Source of the DNA: a bacterium
Lineage (GTDB): Bacteria > Patescibacteriota > Minisyncoccia > Portnoybacterales > JAKAHB01
NCBI GenBank assembly: GCA_021815315.1
Contig: JAKAHB010000001.1
Location: 1-52,579 of the forward strand
Direction of reading: 5' to 3'
DNA length: 52,579 bases
Within the stretch, counting starts at the first letter, position 1; every line of letters begins with the position of its first letter. The notes beneath the pieces are model-generated. The model was given only the letters and a program-made list of their open reading frames with translations, made no database searches and had not been told where the DNA came from. The translations under genes and the position numbers were made by a program. Positions 26,486 through 35,220 of the stretch are shown one piece after another.

Positions 26486-28266
26486 TTCAATTCTTCTTTA
26501 GCTCTTTCTATTTCTAAAAGCTGGGCGGGGTCGGAGGTGATAATTTGGTCTTCGGTATAGGAAGCGATAATCTTAATGGCGGCGTGTTTTAGGCCGGCGA
26601 AAAAGATTCCCTCCCCCACGGTGCTTTCCAGCAACAGCATTTTTTCTTGGTCGGTCAAATTAAAAGTTTCTTGGATGATATCAATGGTAGCCGGCGATTG
26701 ACGCAACAACAACTGAAGCGAGGAGTTGGTGACAATTGGTTTGCCATAGGGCGAGGCCATAAAGTCGGCGACGTCCTGGGTAATAGTAGAAAGTCCCAGG
26801 TAATATTTGCGGCAACGTTTGGCGATACTGTACATAAAAGAGCCGGCATCTTCATAGCGCATCATGGTCCAAGCCTCGTCTACCACTAAAATTCTTTTTT
26901 TAAGTTCCTGGCGAATAATGTTCCAAATATAGTGTAACACAATATACATCGCCGCCGGGCGCAAACCTTCCTCCATGTCTCTAATAGAGAAACAGACCAT
27001 GTTGTTCTTCATCTCTACGTTTGTTTGTTGGTTGAAAAAATTTGAATAGGTACCTCGGGTATATTTTTCCAGTCTTATAGCCAGGTCTTGTCCGCCTTCC
27101 ATATTTTGTAGAACAGTTTGCAGGTTGCCCAAAGTGGGAGGGGTTTTGGTAGAGACATCTGTTTCCGGATTAATATCCCGAGAGGCATATGTTTCGGTGA
27201 TTGCCCTGTCTAAAATGGCGTCTTCTTGCGGCGTTAAACCTCCAAGCAGAATGCGCAACAGCCCAACCAAATCAGCAATATTAGATCTTAAAATATCGGC
27301 CGGTTTCTCGTCTTTTCCCGGGACTGGCAAATCAAAGGGGTTTAAGTGATGAGGCGAATTTAAAGAAATTTTTATATAAGTGCCACCCACCGTTTCGGTT
27401 AGATATTGATATTCGTTTTCTGGATCAATCACAATCACGTCTGTCCCCAGCATCAGTGAACGCAAAATCTCCAGCTTAACAGAGTAACTCTTACCGGCTC
27501 CGGACTTGGCGAAGATTACGGAGTTGGCGTTTTCCAAGCTGAAACGATCAAAAAGAATGAGACTGTTGTTGTGGCGATTAATGCCGTATAAAATCCCCTT
27601 ATTGGAGGTTAAGTCGGCGGAAACAAAAGGAAAGGAGCTGGACAAGGGAGAGGTGTTTAGCGGGGTGCTGATACCCAGCCTATCCAGCTGCAGAGGCAAG
27701 GTGGAGGCAAAGCCCTGTTCTTGTTGAAAAGTCGCTGGCTTGCTGAAAATAATTTTTGTTTCCAACAAAGAGCGGATTTCATTTTCAACATCGTTTAAAT
27801 CTTTTTCAGAATTGGCGACAAGAGTGATGTAAAAACCGAAGCGAAAAAGCTTCTCCACTCCTTGTTGAAGTAAGTCTCTCAAGTTCTCCATATCTTGGAG
27901 AGATGTCTCCAGCACCGGGTCGCGCACTTGCCCACCTGCGGCTTTTTCGCCCATTTGAGATTGCACCTGGGCGACTCTTTTTTTGAGTTGTTTTAGGGCG
28001 TAGGAGGTTTCGACCGGATATAAGTGCATGGAAACGCGCATTTCTTTGTCTAGGGAAATTATAGGTGAAAGCCAGTTGGCGCTTAAATAACGAGGAAAAC
28101 TGTAGACAAAGAGGGTCCTGGCCATTCTCTCCCCCAGTTGAAGAGAATTGGGATTAATGCGCAAAGCCGGTGGAGCGATCATGTCTTTCACGCGCGAATA
28201 GCCCCTATCTTTAGGCAAGTCATTTAGAAAATTACCAGGCTGCTTCTTTTGAAAAAAATCAAACAT
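26482..28266 (-). CDS. virB4: VirB4/TraC-like type IV secretion ATPase
   Basis: Walker A AKSGAGKS, IVIDPENEY, LNPFD, Walker B LVVDEAW, KRCRKYYLGLSTITQ. Confidence 0.9.
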   Translation of the reverse strand: MFDFFQKKQPGNFLNDLPKDRGYSRVKDMIAPPALRINPNSLQLGERMARTLFVYSFPRYLSANWLSPIISLDKEMRVSMHLYPVETSYALKQLKKRVAQVQSQMGEKAAGGQVRDPVLETSLQDMENLRDLLQQGVEKLFRFGFYITLVANSEKDLNDVENEIRSLLETKIIFSKPATFQQEQGFASTLPLQLDRLGISTPLNTSPLSSSFPFVSADLTSNKGILYGINRHNNSLILFDRFSLENANSVIFAKSGAGKSYSVKLEILRSLMLGTDVIVIDPENEYQYLTETVGGTYIKISLNSPHHLNPFDLPVPGKDEKPADILRSNIADLVGLLRILLGGLTPQEDAILDRAITETYASRDINPETDVSTKTPPTLGNLQTVLQNMEGGQDLAIRLEKYTRGTYSNFFNQQTNVEMKNNMVCFSIRDMEEGLRPAAMYIVLHYIWNIIRQELKKRILVVDEAWTMMRYEDAGSFMYSIAKRCRKYYLGLSTITQDVADFMASPYGKPIVTNSSLQLLLRQSPATIDIIQETFNLTDQEKMLLLESTVGEGIFFAGLKHAAIKIIASYTEDQIITSDPAQLLEIERAKEELK

Positions 28267-28310
28267 ATTTTTATTTTATCAAGCTTCGTTTTTTACCTTC
28301 TATTCTCGGT

Positions 28311-28949
28311 TTATGCCGAACCCTCAACCACCGGCCTTTCCTTGGCTTCGGGATTGTAGAGTCGATAGAACAGCTCAATTAACTCTTCGGTGTTCAGTGG
28401 CGCGGCGCGCAGACCAACAGCATTAAGTCCGGAAATGACGTAATCCACTCTTTGCCAAAGTTGGGTCTTTTGTTGCTGAAAGGTTTGTTTCGAAGTTTCG
28501 GGCGCTCCCTTTTCCTTAAAAAGGTCCAAAATTTTGTCTCCAAAATTTTGCACGGTTTGTTCAATAGCGGCGAAGGGAATAACCACGTAGAAACTTTTAG
28601 ACATAATATTGGTCATATCGGCCAAGTTTTTTATAAAGTCAATATACTCGGCAATCTGGATCTTCATCAGTTCCGCTTTTTGCTCTTTAGATTTTTGTTG
28701 GAGCATTAAGATGTATTCGGTAATATCGTATTTCTTCGATTCAATCATAATTTCCAAGGGAAAATCCAAAGAATTGAGAAATTCTTGGTACCTGGTGATA
28801 ATGGCTTGTTGTTCGTCAAGCGATTTCAAGGAAAAGTTAATGGAAGAAACCATCAAAACAGCCCTTAAGCTTTTGTCTTTAAGAACGGCCACCCCCTCTT
28901 GGATGTCTTCAATTTCTATTTTCTGTTGGATACTGGTTGGATCATCCAT
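28311..28949 (-). CDS. Conserved T4SS-cluster protein resembling the VirB4/TraC N-terminal region
   Basis: LRAVLMVSSINFSLKSLDEQQAII...FLNSLDFPLEI...LFYRLYNP; lies between prgI and virB4. Confidence 0.7.
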   Translation of the reverse strand: MDDPTSIQQKIEIEDIQEGVAVLKDKSLRAVLMVSSINFSLKSLDEQQAIITRYQEFLNSLDFPLEIMIESKKYDITEYILMLQQKSKEQKAELMKIQIAEYIDFIKNLADMTNIMSKSFYVVIPFAAIEQTVQNFGDKILDLFKEKGAPETSKQTFQQQKTQLWQRVDYVISGLNAVGLRAAPLNTEELIELFYRLYNPEAKERPVVEGSA

Positions 28950-29226
28950 TTTTTTCTTTCCAAATATAAGTTCTTGGCTTTAGCAGATAATTAATCATCG
29001 AGCCTAAAAAATTAGCGAAAGGGCGACCGTTTATTTTCAAAAAAGCCAAAGAAAAAGATAGCGTTAAAACGGGAATGGCCACGATTAAAAATAGCCAAAG
29101 TTTTAAAATGTACCAGAGCAAGAAAACCAATCCAGCCCCGCCGGCCAAGTAAAGAAATTGCTTCAGGGTTAGCGGGCCGATAATCTTGTCTTCTATCTCT
29201 ATAAATTGGGGAACGGAAAATTGCAT
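28942..29226 (-). CDS. prgI: PrgI family (VirB3-like) protein
   Basis: MQFSVPQFIEIEDKIIGPLTLKQF, two TMs, KINGRPF. Confidence 0.85.
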   Translation of the reverse strand: MQFSVPQFIEIEDKIIGPLTLKQFLYLAGGAGLVFLLWYILKLWLFLIVAIPVLTLSFSLAFLKINGRPFANFLGSMINYLLKPRTYIWKEKNG

Positions 29227-29271
29227 AAATGAAACTGAAGTGTTGAAAAAGCCTATTTCCCAACTTTTGGC

Positions 29272-30144
29272 TTAGTGGTTGTCTCTCAAATCAACCACAT
29301 TGGCCGGGTTGGAAAAGCCCTCGTCCATTGAAAGCGGCTTTCTCTGGGGCGCTTCTATTTTGAACTTATTTTTTAAATCTTTGGGGTCAACCGGTTGGCG
29401 GTATTTGTCGGCCAATAATGCTTCGGGAGCGTTTGGGGGCGGGGCGAGACTCGTCAGCTGTTGGGACGCGGCAACGCCCGATTCAGGGGCAAGGAACGGT
29501 TGCTTATCTTCAGCCTGCAAGATTTCTTCGGCGGCTTCTTCGTCAAGGTCTAGGGTAAAAGTCAAGACGGTGTCGTATAGTTTAAAAATATTTTCTAAGA
29601 CCTTTCGCTCCTCTTCGTTCAAATTCCGAGCCGACTGACTTTGATTAAGAAAATTGATAATACTAAGGTCGTCTCGGCCCATGAAATCTTCAAATTGGTT
29701 ATAGAGGGCCAACCACTCACTGACTCTTTTTTCTCCCAGTTTTTCCGTGTTTGATTCCACGGCCTTTAACATTCTACGGCGCAACTCATCTCGACCGGCA
29801 TAAGGAAGGAAAAAAAGCTTGGCGACTATTTTGCCTTGAATAGCCACTCCTTGTTTTAGGGCCAAAAGCAAGGCAGTTCTTAAAAGTTCAACGGCATCTT
29901 CTTCAGCTAGGCGGACAAAGGCTGTCCAAAGCAAAGAAATTTGCAGCGGACGATAATTTTCGTAAGCGCCCCCGTCTTTGTTTGTTTCCAATAGTTTGGC
30001 TAACGCGAGTCGCATTTGTTCGGACATTTCAAAAGCCCGATCCTCTTCGGAAAACCGCGCGATTTCTTCAACCAGGTTTTTTACTTTGTCAAAAACCTGC
30101 GGGCTGGCCAATTGTTCGGCTGTTAATTGATCAATAGTTGGCAT
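29272..30144 (-). CDS. Cytoplasmic hypothetical protein with helical core and Pro-rich tail
   Basis: Long ORF in operon context; C-terminal DKYRQPVD and NVVDLR motifs. Confidence 0.7.
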   Translation of the reverse strand: MPTIDQLTAEQLASPQVFDKVKNLVEEIARFSEEDRAFEMSEQMRLALAKLLETNKDGGAYENYRPLQISLLWTAFVRLAEEDAVELLRTALLLALKQGVAIQGKIVAKLFFLPYAGRDELRRRMLKAVESNTEKLGEKRVSEWLALYNQFEDFMGRDDLSIINFLNQSQSARNLNEEERKVLENIFKLYDTVLTFTLDLDEEAAEEILQAEDKQPFLAPESGVAASQQLTSLAPPPNAPEALLADKYRQPVDPKDLKNKFKIEAPQRKPLSMDEGFSNPANVVDLRDNH

Positions 30145-30165
30145 AGTTTGGTGTTTCTAAATGGA

Positions 30166-32304
30166 TTAAGTCGTGGTCCCGCCGCCGGCTGCCCCGCCAC
30201 TCTTTTGGGCGGTGGGCGGTTTGGCCATTTTCTCTAAAACAGCTAATTCTTTTCCCTCAATTTTGTTGGACTCTCGCAGTTGCCGGGTCAGCTTGCCAAT
30301 TTCTTCCACAAACCGCGGCGACATATTATTGGCGGTAACAAAATTTTGATGAGCTTGAGAATTAGCGATTTGAGTCAAAATTTCTTTGCCCGAACCGGTT
30401 AAAGAATATTGACCACCCTTGCCTTGAGCGGCAAGTTGGTCAATAGAAAGCTTGTTGATAGCCTCTTTCGGTTTTTGAGCGGCGAACTTATTAACAGCGG
30501 CTTCTTGCTGCTTAGCGGAGTCTGGATTAACGACGAACGCCTTTCTCCTGGCGTCATAGGCGGTAGAACCGGCAAACTGGTATTCCCCGTTGTTAACCGC
30601 GGCAATTTGCAGATCGCGAAGAGTCTGGCCCGAATACCTCTCGCCGGCCTTGTCGCTCCGGAGCCTGACGTCAATCGCTTTCATTAGCGCCTGCGGCGAG
30701 GTGTTCTCGGCGCCCAAAGAATCTTTAAGTTTGGTATAGGACTTGGTTTCCATCAAGTGGCGGATAGCAGCTTCTTTTTGGGTGGCGGTGGACTTCGCAT
30801 TTTTCAAAATATTTTCGCTGTGATCCGGGTCGCCGATTTTCTTTAGAGTCTCCATTTCTTTGGCTACGTCCGTTTGACGCCTTCTTTCTGTTTCGGTCAA
30901 GGCGCCGGCTTGCTCGGCTCTCTTACGAGCCCTGGCGCTGGAATCAAGCATCTCAAACTTTTTCTGCATCGCGCCTTCGCCTCCTTTCTTGATTGCTTCC
31001 TGGGTTCGCGCTAATCTGCCCGCCCCGATTGTTTCCGGCCTGAACATGGAACCACCCATGCGGACTAGTTTGTTGTCGGACTGTAACATCTTATTCCCGG
31101 CAAGCTGGCGTCGTTCGTCAAGACGCTTTCTGGCAAAACCGAGAGTCGCGTTATAGGCGCCCTTGCCGACAAATTCCAGCTTACTTCCAACCACCACGGC
31201 CATAAAAAGCAGACCGATAATGGCGATGTAGGACATTAAGATGCTGGGAACGAGAAAGTCGCTGATATATTGGGATAATCCGGTTAATGACTGATTACTG
31301 GTTACTCCGATTTTATCCGTGTTTCTGGCGACGCGGAGAGCCAAGAAGACAAAGAAAGTGGCGGCTGGAGCGGTAAAAGTCCATTTCAAAAAAGCGGTTC
31401 GCCACTTGGTTGTGAGGCCAGCTCCGCCGGGGACAAGATAAAAAACCCAAGCCAGTGGCGCCAGTATTAAAACAATCCAAAGAATAATAACCCGGACCAC
31501 AAAAATTAGGAATAAAAAAAGAAAGACAACAAAAGCGATAGAAGTAACAATAATAGAAAAAAACTTATTTACTATAAGTCTTAGCGGAGGGCCAACAACG
31601 CCCCAGCTATTAGCGGCTTGAGCGATTTTAAAATCCTCTACGAACTTGGCCCACCAGCTTTTGCCGGAGTCCCGATTGGATAGATCGGTCTTTTCAACAG
31701 TTTGCAGTTGCAGTCCTTTCATGAGATCCTCGGAAATTGATTTTCCGGGAGTGACGGCGTTATTTAGAAAATAGCTGGAAATTACTTGGGAGAAATCTAT
31801 AATGGCGCCGCAAATAAAAAGACTAAAGTTGATTGAAAGAGCGACAACAATCAATTTGGGGAGCATCTTTTTGGCATTATAGGCTCCGATATTGAGAATA
31901 GTGGAAAAAGCCATAATCAAAAGAGCGAGGGCAAAGATAAAATTAACAACGCTACGCGTTATTTGCCAGCCTACGATAACGACATCCGCTTTGGCGATAT
32001 TATCAAAAAAAAGTGCCCAATCGGCCAGTTTGGCGGCCATAAAAACCAAAAAATCAACAATCCCCCCAACGATAACCAGGAGGCCATAAACAACAAACCC
32101 GACAACAGAGGTTGGAACATTTGAAGTGTTCGAGGCTTTTTGTTCTGCTACAGATGTTCCCGTGGTCGTATCGCCGGATGCCGGAGGGTCAGCTGCTTGG
32201 GAAAAATCAATCCGAGAAGCAAAAACAAAGAATGAAGAACAAACAACCAAAAAAGCCGTCAGCCCCACGATCATTTTTCTTTTTTTATTCGATTTGGCCA
32301 TCAA
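30166..32304 (-). CDS. VirB6/TrbL-like polytopic membrane protein with cytoplasmic C-terminal extension
   Basis: GWQITRSVVNFIF, LPKLIVVALSINFSLFICGAIID, VRVIILWIVLILAPLAW; several TMs then a charged tail. Confidence 0.75.
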   Translation of the reverse strand: MMAKSNKKRKMIVGLTAFLVVCSSFFVFASRIDFSQAADPPASGDTTTGTSVAEQKASNTSNVPTSVVGFVVYGLLVIVGGIVDFLVFMAAKLADWALFFDNIAKADVVIVGWQITRSVVNFIFALALLIMAFSTILNIGAYNAKKMLPKLIVVALSINFSLFICGAIIDFSQVISSYFLNNAVTPGKSISEDLMKGLQLQTVEKTDLSNRDSGKSWWAKFVEDFKIAQAANSWGVVGPPLRLIVNKFFSIIVTSIAFVVFLFLFLIFVVRVIILWIVLILAPLAWVFYLVPGGAGLTTKWRTAFLKWTFTAPAATFFVFLALRVARNTDKIGVTSNQSLTGLSQYISDFLVPSILMSYIAIIGLLFMAVVVGSKLEFVGKGAYNATLGFARKRLDERRQLAGNKMLQSDNKLVRMGGSMFRPETIGAGRLARTQEAIKKGGEGAMQKKFEMLDSSARARKRAEQAGALTETERRRQTDVAKEMETLKKIGDPDHSENILKNAKSTATQKEAAIRHLMETKSYTKLKDSLGAENTSPQALMKAIDVRLRSDKAGERYSGQTLRDLQIAAVNNGEYQFAGSTAYDARRKAFVVNPDSAKQQEAAVNKFAAQKPKEAINKLSIDQLAAQGKGGQYSLTGSGKEILTQIANSQAHQNFVTANNMSPRFVEEIGKLTRQLRESNKIEGKELAVLEKMAKPPTAQKSGGAAGGGTTT

Positions 32305-32309
32305 CCTTT

Positions 32310-34154
32310 TTATTTAGAAGTGGTGTAGTAGTTGTTGTTGGTAATTTCCTCTTTGGGGTAATCGCTGGCGAAACAACGATTGTATTGATCTTGCAATTTG
32401 GCATTGTCGCTATTGGCTTCGCTAATCCACGCATCAATCATTGCCTGGCTAATCCCGATAGAGGCCAAAATTTCGTTGGAAATTTCTTTTTTATTACTCA
32501 TGACGTTAGAGCTTAGATTGGTTGTTTGAGAATCAACGTCCTCGGCCAGTTTAGTCAAGGCCGATTTGGTCGCCTCGCCCGTTTCTTCCGAGACATCATC
32601 CGTGTAATCCTTGTTAAGAGCAGCAAAGTCTTTGACCTTGCTGATGATATCCTCTTTGGTGGCGGCCAGCTGTTCAAGTTTGGCGTTGATTTCGTCATCG
32701 GTGGAAGCGTCCAAAGCGGCCAGATCGTTTAGATAGTTTTCTACGGACTGGCTATAGTTATAAGTCGTTGTTTCGGTCGTAGCAATCTTGCCTAAACGAG
32801 AATCAGTATTTTCATAGTTGTAGGTTCCCAAGAGTTCCAGGTAATGGTTGACCTCGTCAATCTTGGTGCTGATGGTATCGGCGGGAGGGTTTGGCGAGTC
32901 ACAACCATCTCCTTTGCCCTTAATTTGTTCGGCCAGTCGTTTGTTGTCTTCCAGTCTATTTTTCAACGATTCCAAGGAATTGTTGTTGGTGGCAACTCCT
33001 TGACTGCCAATGCCAGTGATGGCCGACTTGAAGCTAGCCAGGCTAGCCAGCAGCTTATTAGCCGCGGTCACCTCTAGACCCAAATTTCGTTGTCCGGCCG
33101 TGAGACTGCTGGAAGAAACATAAAAAGAAGAGAGGGTTGTTTTTGGGAGGCTACTGACGGAAGGCTCACTGATCTGGGTTTTCTTTAGAGTCGCCATCGT
33201 TTCTTTTGTCAACCGCCAGATTAAAGCGTCGCCAATGGCGGTTAAGTACGGGCTCATATCAACCTTTGATTTAAACAGGGAGATCTCCATGTTTTTACGG
33301 TCAAAATCGGCGGTTAAAGCTTTGCCGGTCATATTCAAAAGGATGCTTCCTGGAGTAATGACGTTGCCCTTGTCGCTAGCGCTACACATACCAGAACTGA
33401 TTTTATCGTCGGTGCATTCAAGAGGCTTGAATCCTCCGCTGACTTGGGTTTTAAGCCTTTGCGCCTCGGCTGTTTGGTTTTTGATCGCGTTCAGCTCGTC
33501 ATAGGTGGCCAGATAAGCACCGTGAATGGTGTTTTGCGGTTGTTCGGCCATGCGGATCCAGGCATCCCAGCCTCCCTTGGAAAAATCGTTGAAAAAACTG
33601 GTCAAATTAGCGCCGATATCCGAAATAGAACAGCGCGCTTTTTGGGAAAAAGGGCTGGTTTTAAAAGCCAACTGCAGAAATGGCCTAAAGGGTTCGCAAA
33701 GAAAGCCTAGGCCCAAGTATTTATCCAAAAAATCTCCGGCGGCCTGGTCAACAGCGTCGGTTATGTAAGAACTGAAATCGGTAATAAACTTTGGGCCGCC
33801 ACCTGATTCTCCCTTGATATATTTAATCATGTCATCGGTGATTTTGTTCATTAGGCGCTCCCCGATTTTCCCCATCAGATAGTTAAGGGCGTTAGAAAGC
33901 ATTTTATTGTTTTGCGACCAGAGACTGTAAGCCGCGGTAACCCCCTGAAGATTTGTGGAAACAAAACTGTTGGCCGAGGTTAAAGTTTGCTGCGCCGCCG
34001 CCCAAAGCTGGGTTGGTTCTGTCGCTCCTCCGGTTGCCGCTCCGCCACCTCCAGCCTTGACCGGATCGACAAAAATGACGATTTGCAGGGGTGACAAAAT
34101 AAGCGCCAGAGAAGTGACGGCAGCGACTATTTTTTGATAAAGCTTTTTGTTCAT
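32310..34154 (-). CDS. Large exported hypothetical protein of the T4SS-like cluster
   Basis: N-terminal signal/TM; conserved-looking PKFITDF, LCEPF, CSISDI, FFNDFSKGGWDAW, ITPGS; coiled-coil C-terminus with paired Cys. Confidence 0.7.
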   Translation of the reverse strand: MNKKLYQKIVAAVTSLALILSPLQIVIFVDPVKAGGGGAATGGATEPTQLWAAAQQTLTSANSFVSTNLQGVTAAYSLWSQNNKMLSNALNYLMGKIGERLMNKITDDMIKYIKGESGGGPKFITDFSSYITDAVDQAAGDFLDKYLGLGFLCEPFRPFLQLAFKTSPFSQKARCSISDIGANLTSFFNDFSKGGWDAWIRMAEQPQNTIHGAYLATYDELNAIKNQTAEAQRLKTQVSGGFKPLECTDDKISSGMCSASDKGNVITPGSILLNMTGKALTADFDRKNMEISLFKSKVDMSPYLTAIGDALIWRLTKETMATLKKTQISEPSVSSLPKTTLSSFYVSSSSLTAGQRNLGLEVTAANKLLASLASFKSAITGIGSQGVATNNNSLESLKNRLEDNKRLAEQIKGKGDGCDSPNPPADTISTKIDEVNHYLELLGTYNYENTDSRLGKIATTETTTYNYSQSVENYLNDLAALDASTDDEINAKLEQLAATKEDIISKVKDFAALNKDYTDDVSEETGEATKSALTKLAEDVDSQTTNLSSNVMSNKKEISNEILASIGISQAMIDAWISEANSDNAKLQDQYNRCFASDYPKEEITNNNYYTTSK

Positions 34155-34163
34155 GAGTAAGGC

Positions 34164-35117
34164 TTAGAAGGTCGCGCTGACCAAGGCTAGCTGGTTATAA
34201 GCTGCAAGAATCATTTCTTGTCCCATTTCTATTTCTTTTAGGGCAATAGCCGATTTGGCCGGGTCGGTGCTTGCGTCTTGCAAGGCTCCATAGCCCTTGC
34301 CCAGAGTATAAAAACTTTCAAGACCGGCAAGGTGGATTTGAAGCAAGGTGGAGGGAACCTTGATTTCTTTGCCCCGTTTATAGGCGTCCAACCAGTTTTG
34401 CGACAACTGCGAAGCATAAAAAGGCTGATTCTGTTGGACGGCCAGCAGAATCACCTGCTCGTCTGTCAGGTCTATTTTGTTTTTTGGGCTGGAGAAAACC
34501 TTGGAAAAATCCTCAATATATTGATGCAAAGATTCTTTACTGTTGTCCTGGCTGACGGGGAGGTCTTCGGACTTAATTTTTGGAGGCATAAAATCCATTA
34601 AGATCAGGAGCAGATGTTTTCTGGTGGCGTCGGTCAAAAAGTCCTTCCCGGTGCTGTTTTGAATGGAGTCCACCAACTGCGTGGGGTCGGCTGGAGCGTT
34701 GGGATTAAGAGAAATTTGGGCAGCATTATCAACAATTGCCTCGGTCAGATTTTTTGGTTCTTGCAGTTTCTCGCCGATGGCCTTATTCATTTTGATATCC
34801 GCCACTTTGTCGTTGGGCCCCTTAACAAGCGGGTCGTGGCCGGAAGCTACCTCTTCGCCGTCTTTAAAACCGTCGCCGTCGGTGTCGGGGTTATGAGGGT
34901 CCGTGCCGATGAGCTCTTCTTCCCAATCGGGCAGACCGTCGTGATCGGAATCCAAGGTTTTACTCTGGAGAGCGGGGTCGCTTTTGGTCGTATCAAAAGC
35001 GTCTTTTTGTTGGCTGGCGCGGGTAACGAAAGTCAGAAAAACAAAAACCCCCACCAGCAAAATAGCTCCGGCAATAATTTTTGGACGCTTTAGGAATTGT
35101 CCAATTTTTTGTTTCAT
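34164..35117 (-). CDS. Membrane-anchored protein with bacterial thrombospondin type 3-like Ca-binding repeats
   Basis: DSDHDGLPDWEEELIGTDPHNPDTDGDGFKDGEEV; N-terminal TM; ATG 35117 chosen because it lies downstream of the promoter. Confidence 0.8.
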   Translation of the reverse strand: MKQKIGQFLKRPKIIAGAILLVGVFVFLTFVTRASQQKDAFDTTKSDPALQSKTLDSDHDGLPDWEEELIGTDPHNPDTDGDGFKDGEEVASGHDPLVKGPNDKVADIKMNKAIGEKLQEPKNLTEAIVDNAAQISLNPNAPADPTQLVDSIQNSTGKDFLTDATRKHLLLILMDFMPPKIKSEDLPVSQDNSKESLHQYIEDFSKVFSSPKNKIDLTDEQVILLAVQQNQPFYASQLSQNWLDAYKRGKEIKVPSTLLQIHLAGLESFYTLGKGYGALQDASTDPAKSAIALKEIEMGQEMILAAYNQLALVSATF

Positions 35118-35127
35118 TTCCTGCTTT

Positions 35128-35156
35128 ATTTTACCATAAATCATGATTAGCGACAA
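35128..35156 (-). promoter_or_regulatory. Putative promoter heading the T4SS-like cluster
   Basis: Minus strand TTGTCG, 17 nt spacer, TGg-TAAAAT; 10 nt before the ATG at 35117. Confidence 0.55.
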
Positions 35157-35220
35157 AGCGGTTTGGCTCGGGACTGTGGAATACTAACAAGACAACAAAA
35201 AAGAAAAGAAAAAACCAGCG

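Noticed and set aside
23273-35117. Integrative conjugative element
   Set aside because: No relaxase, integrase, tRNA target or flanking direct repeats seen; it is embedded among core genes.
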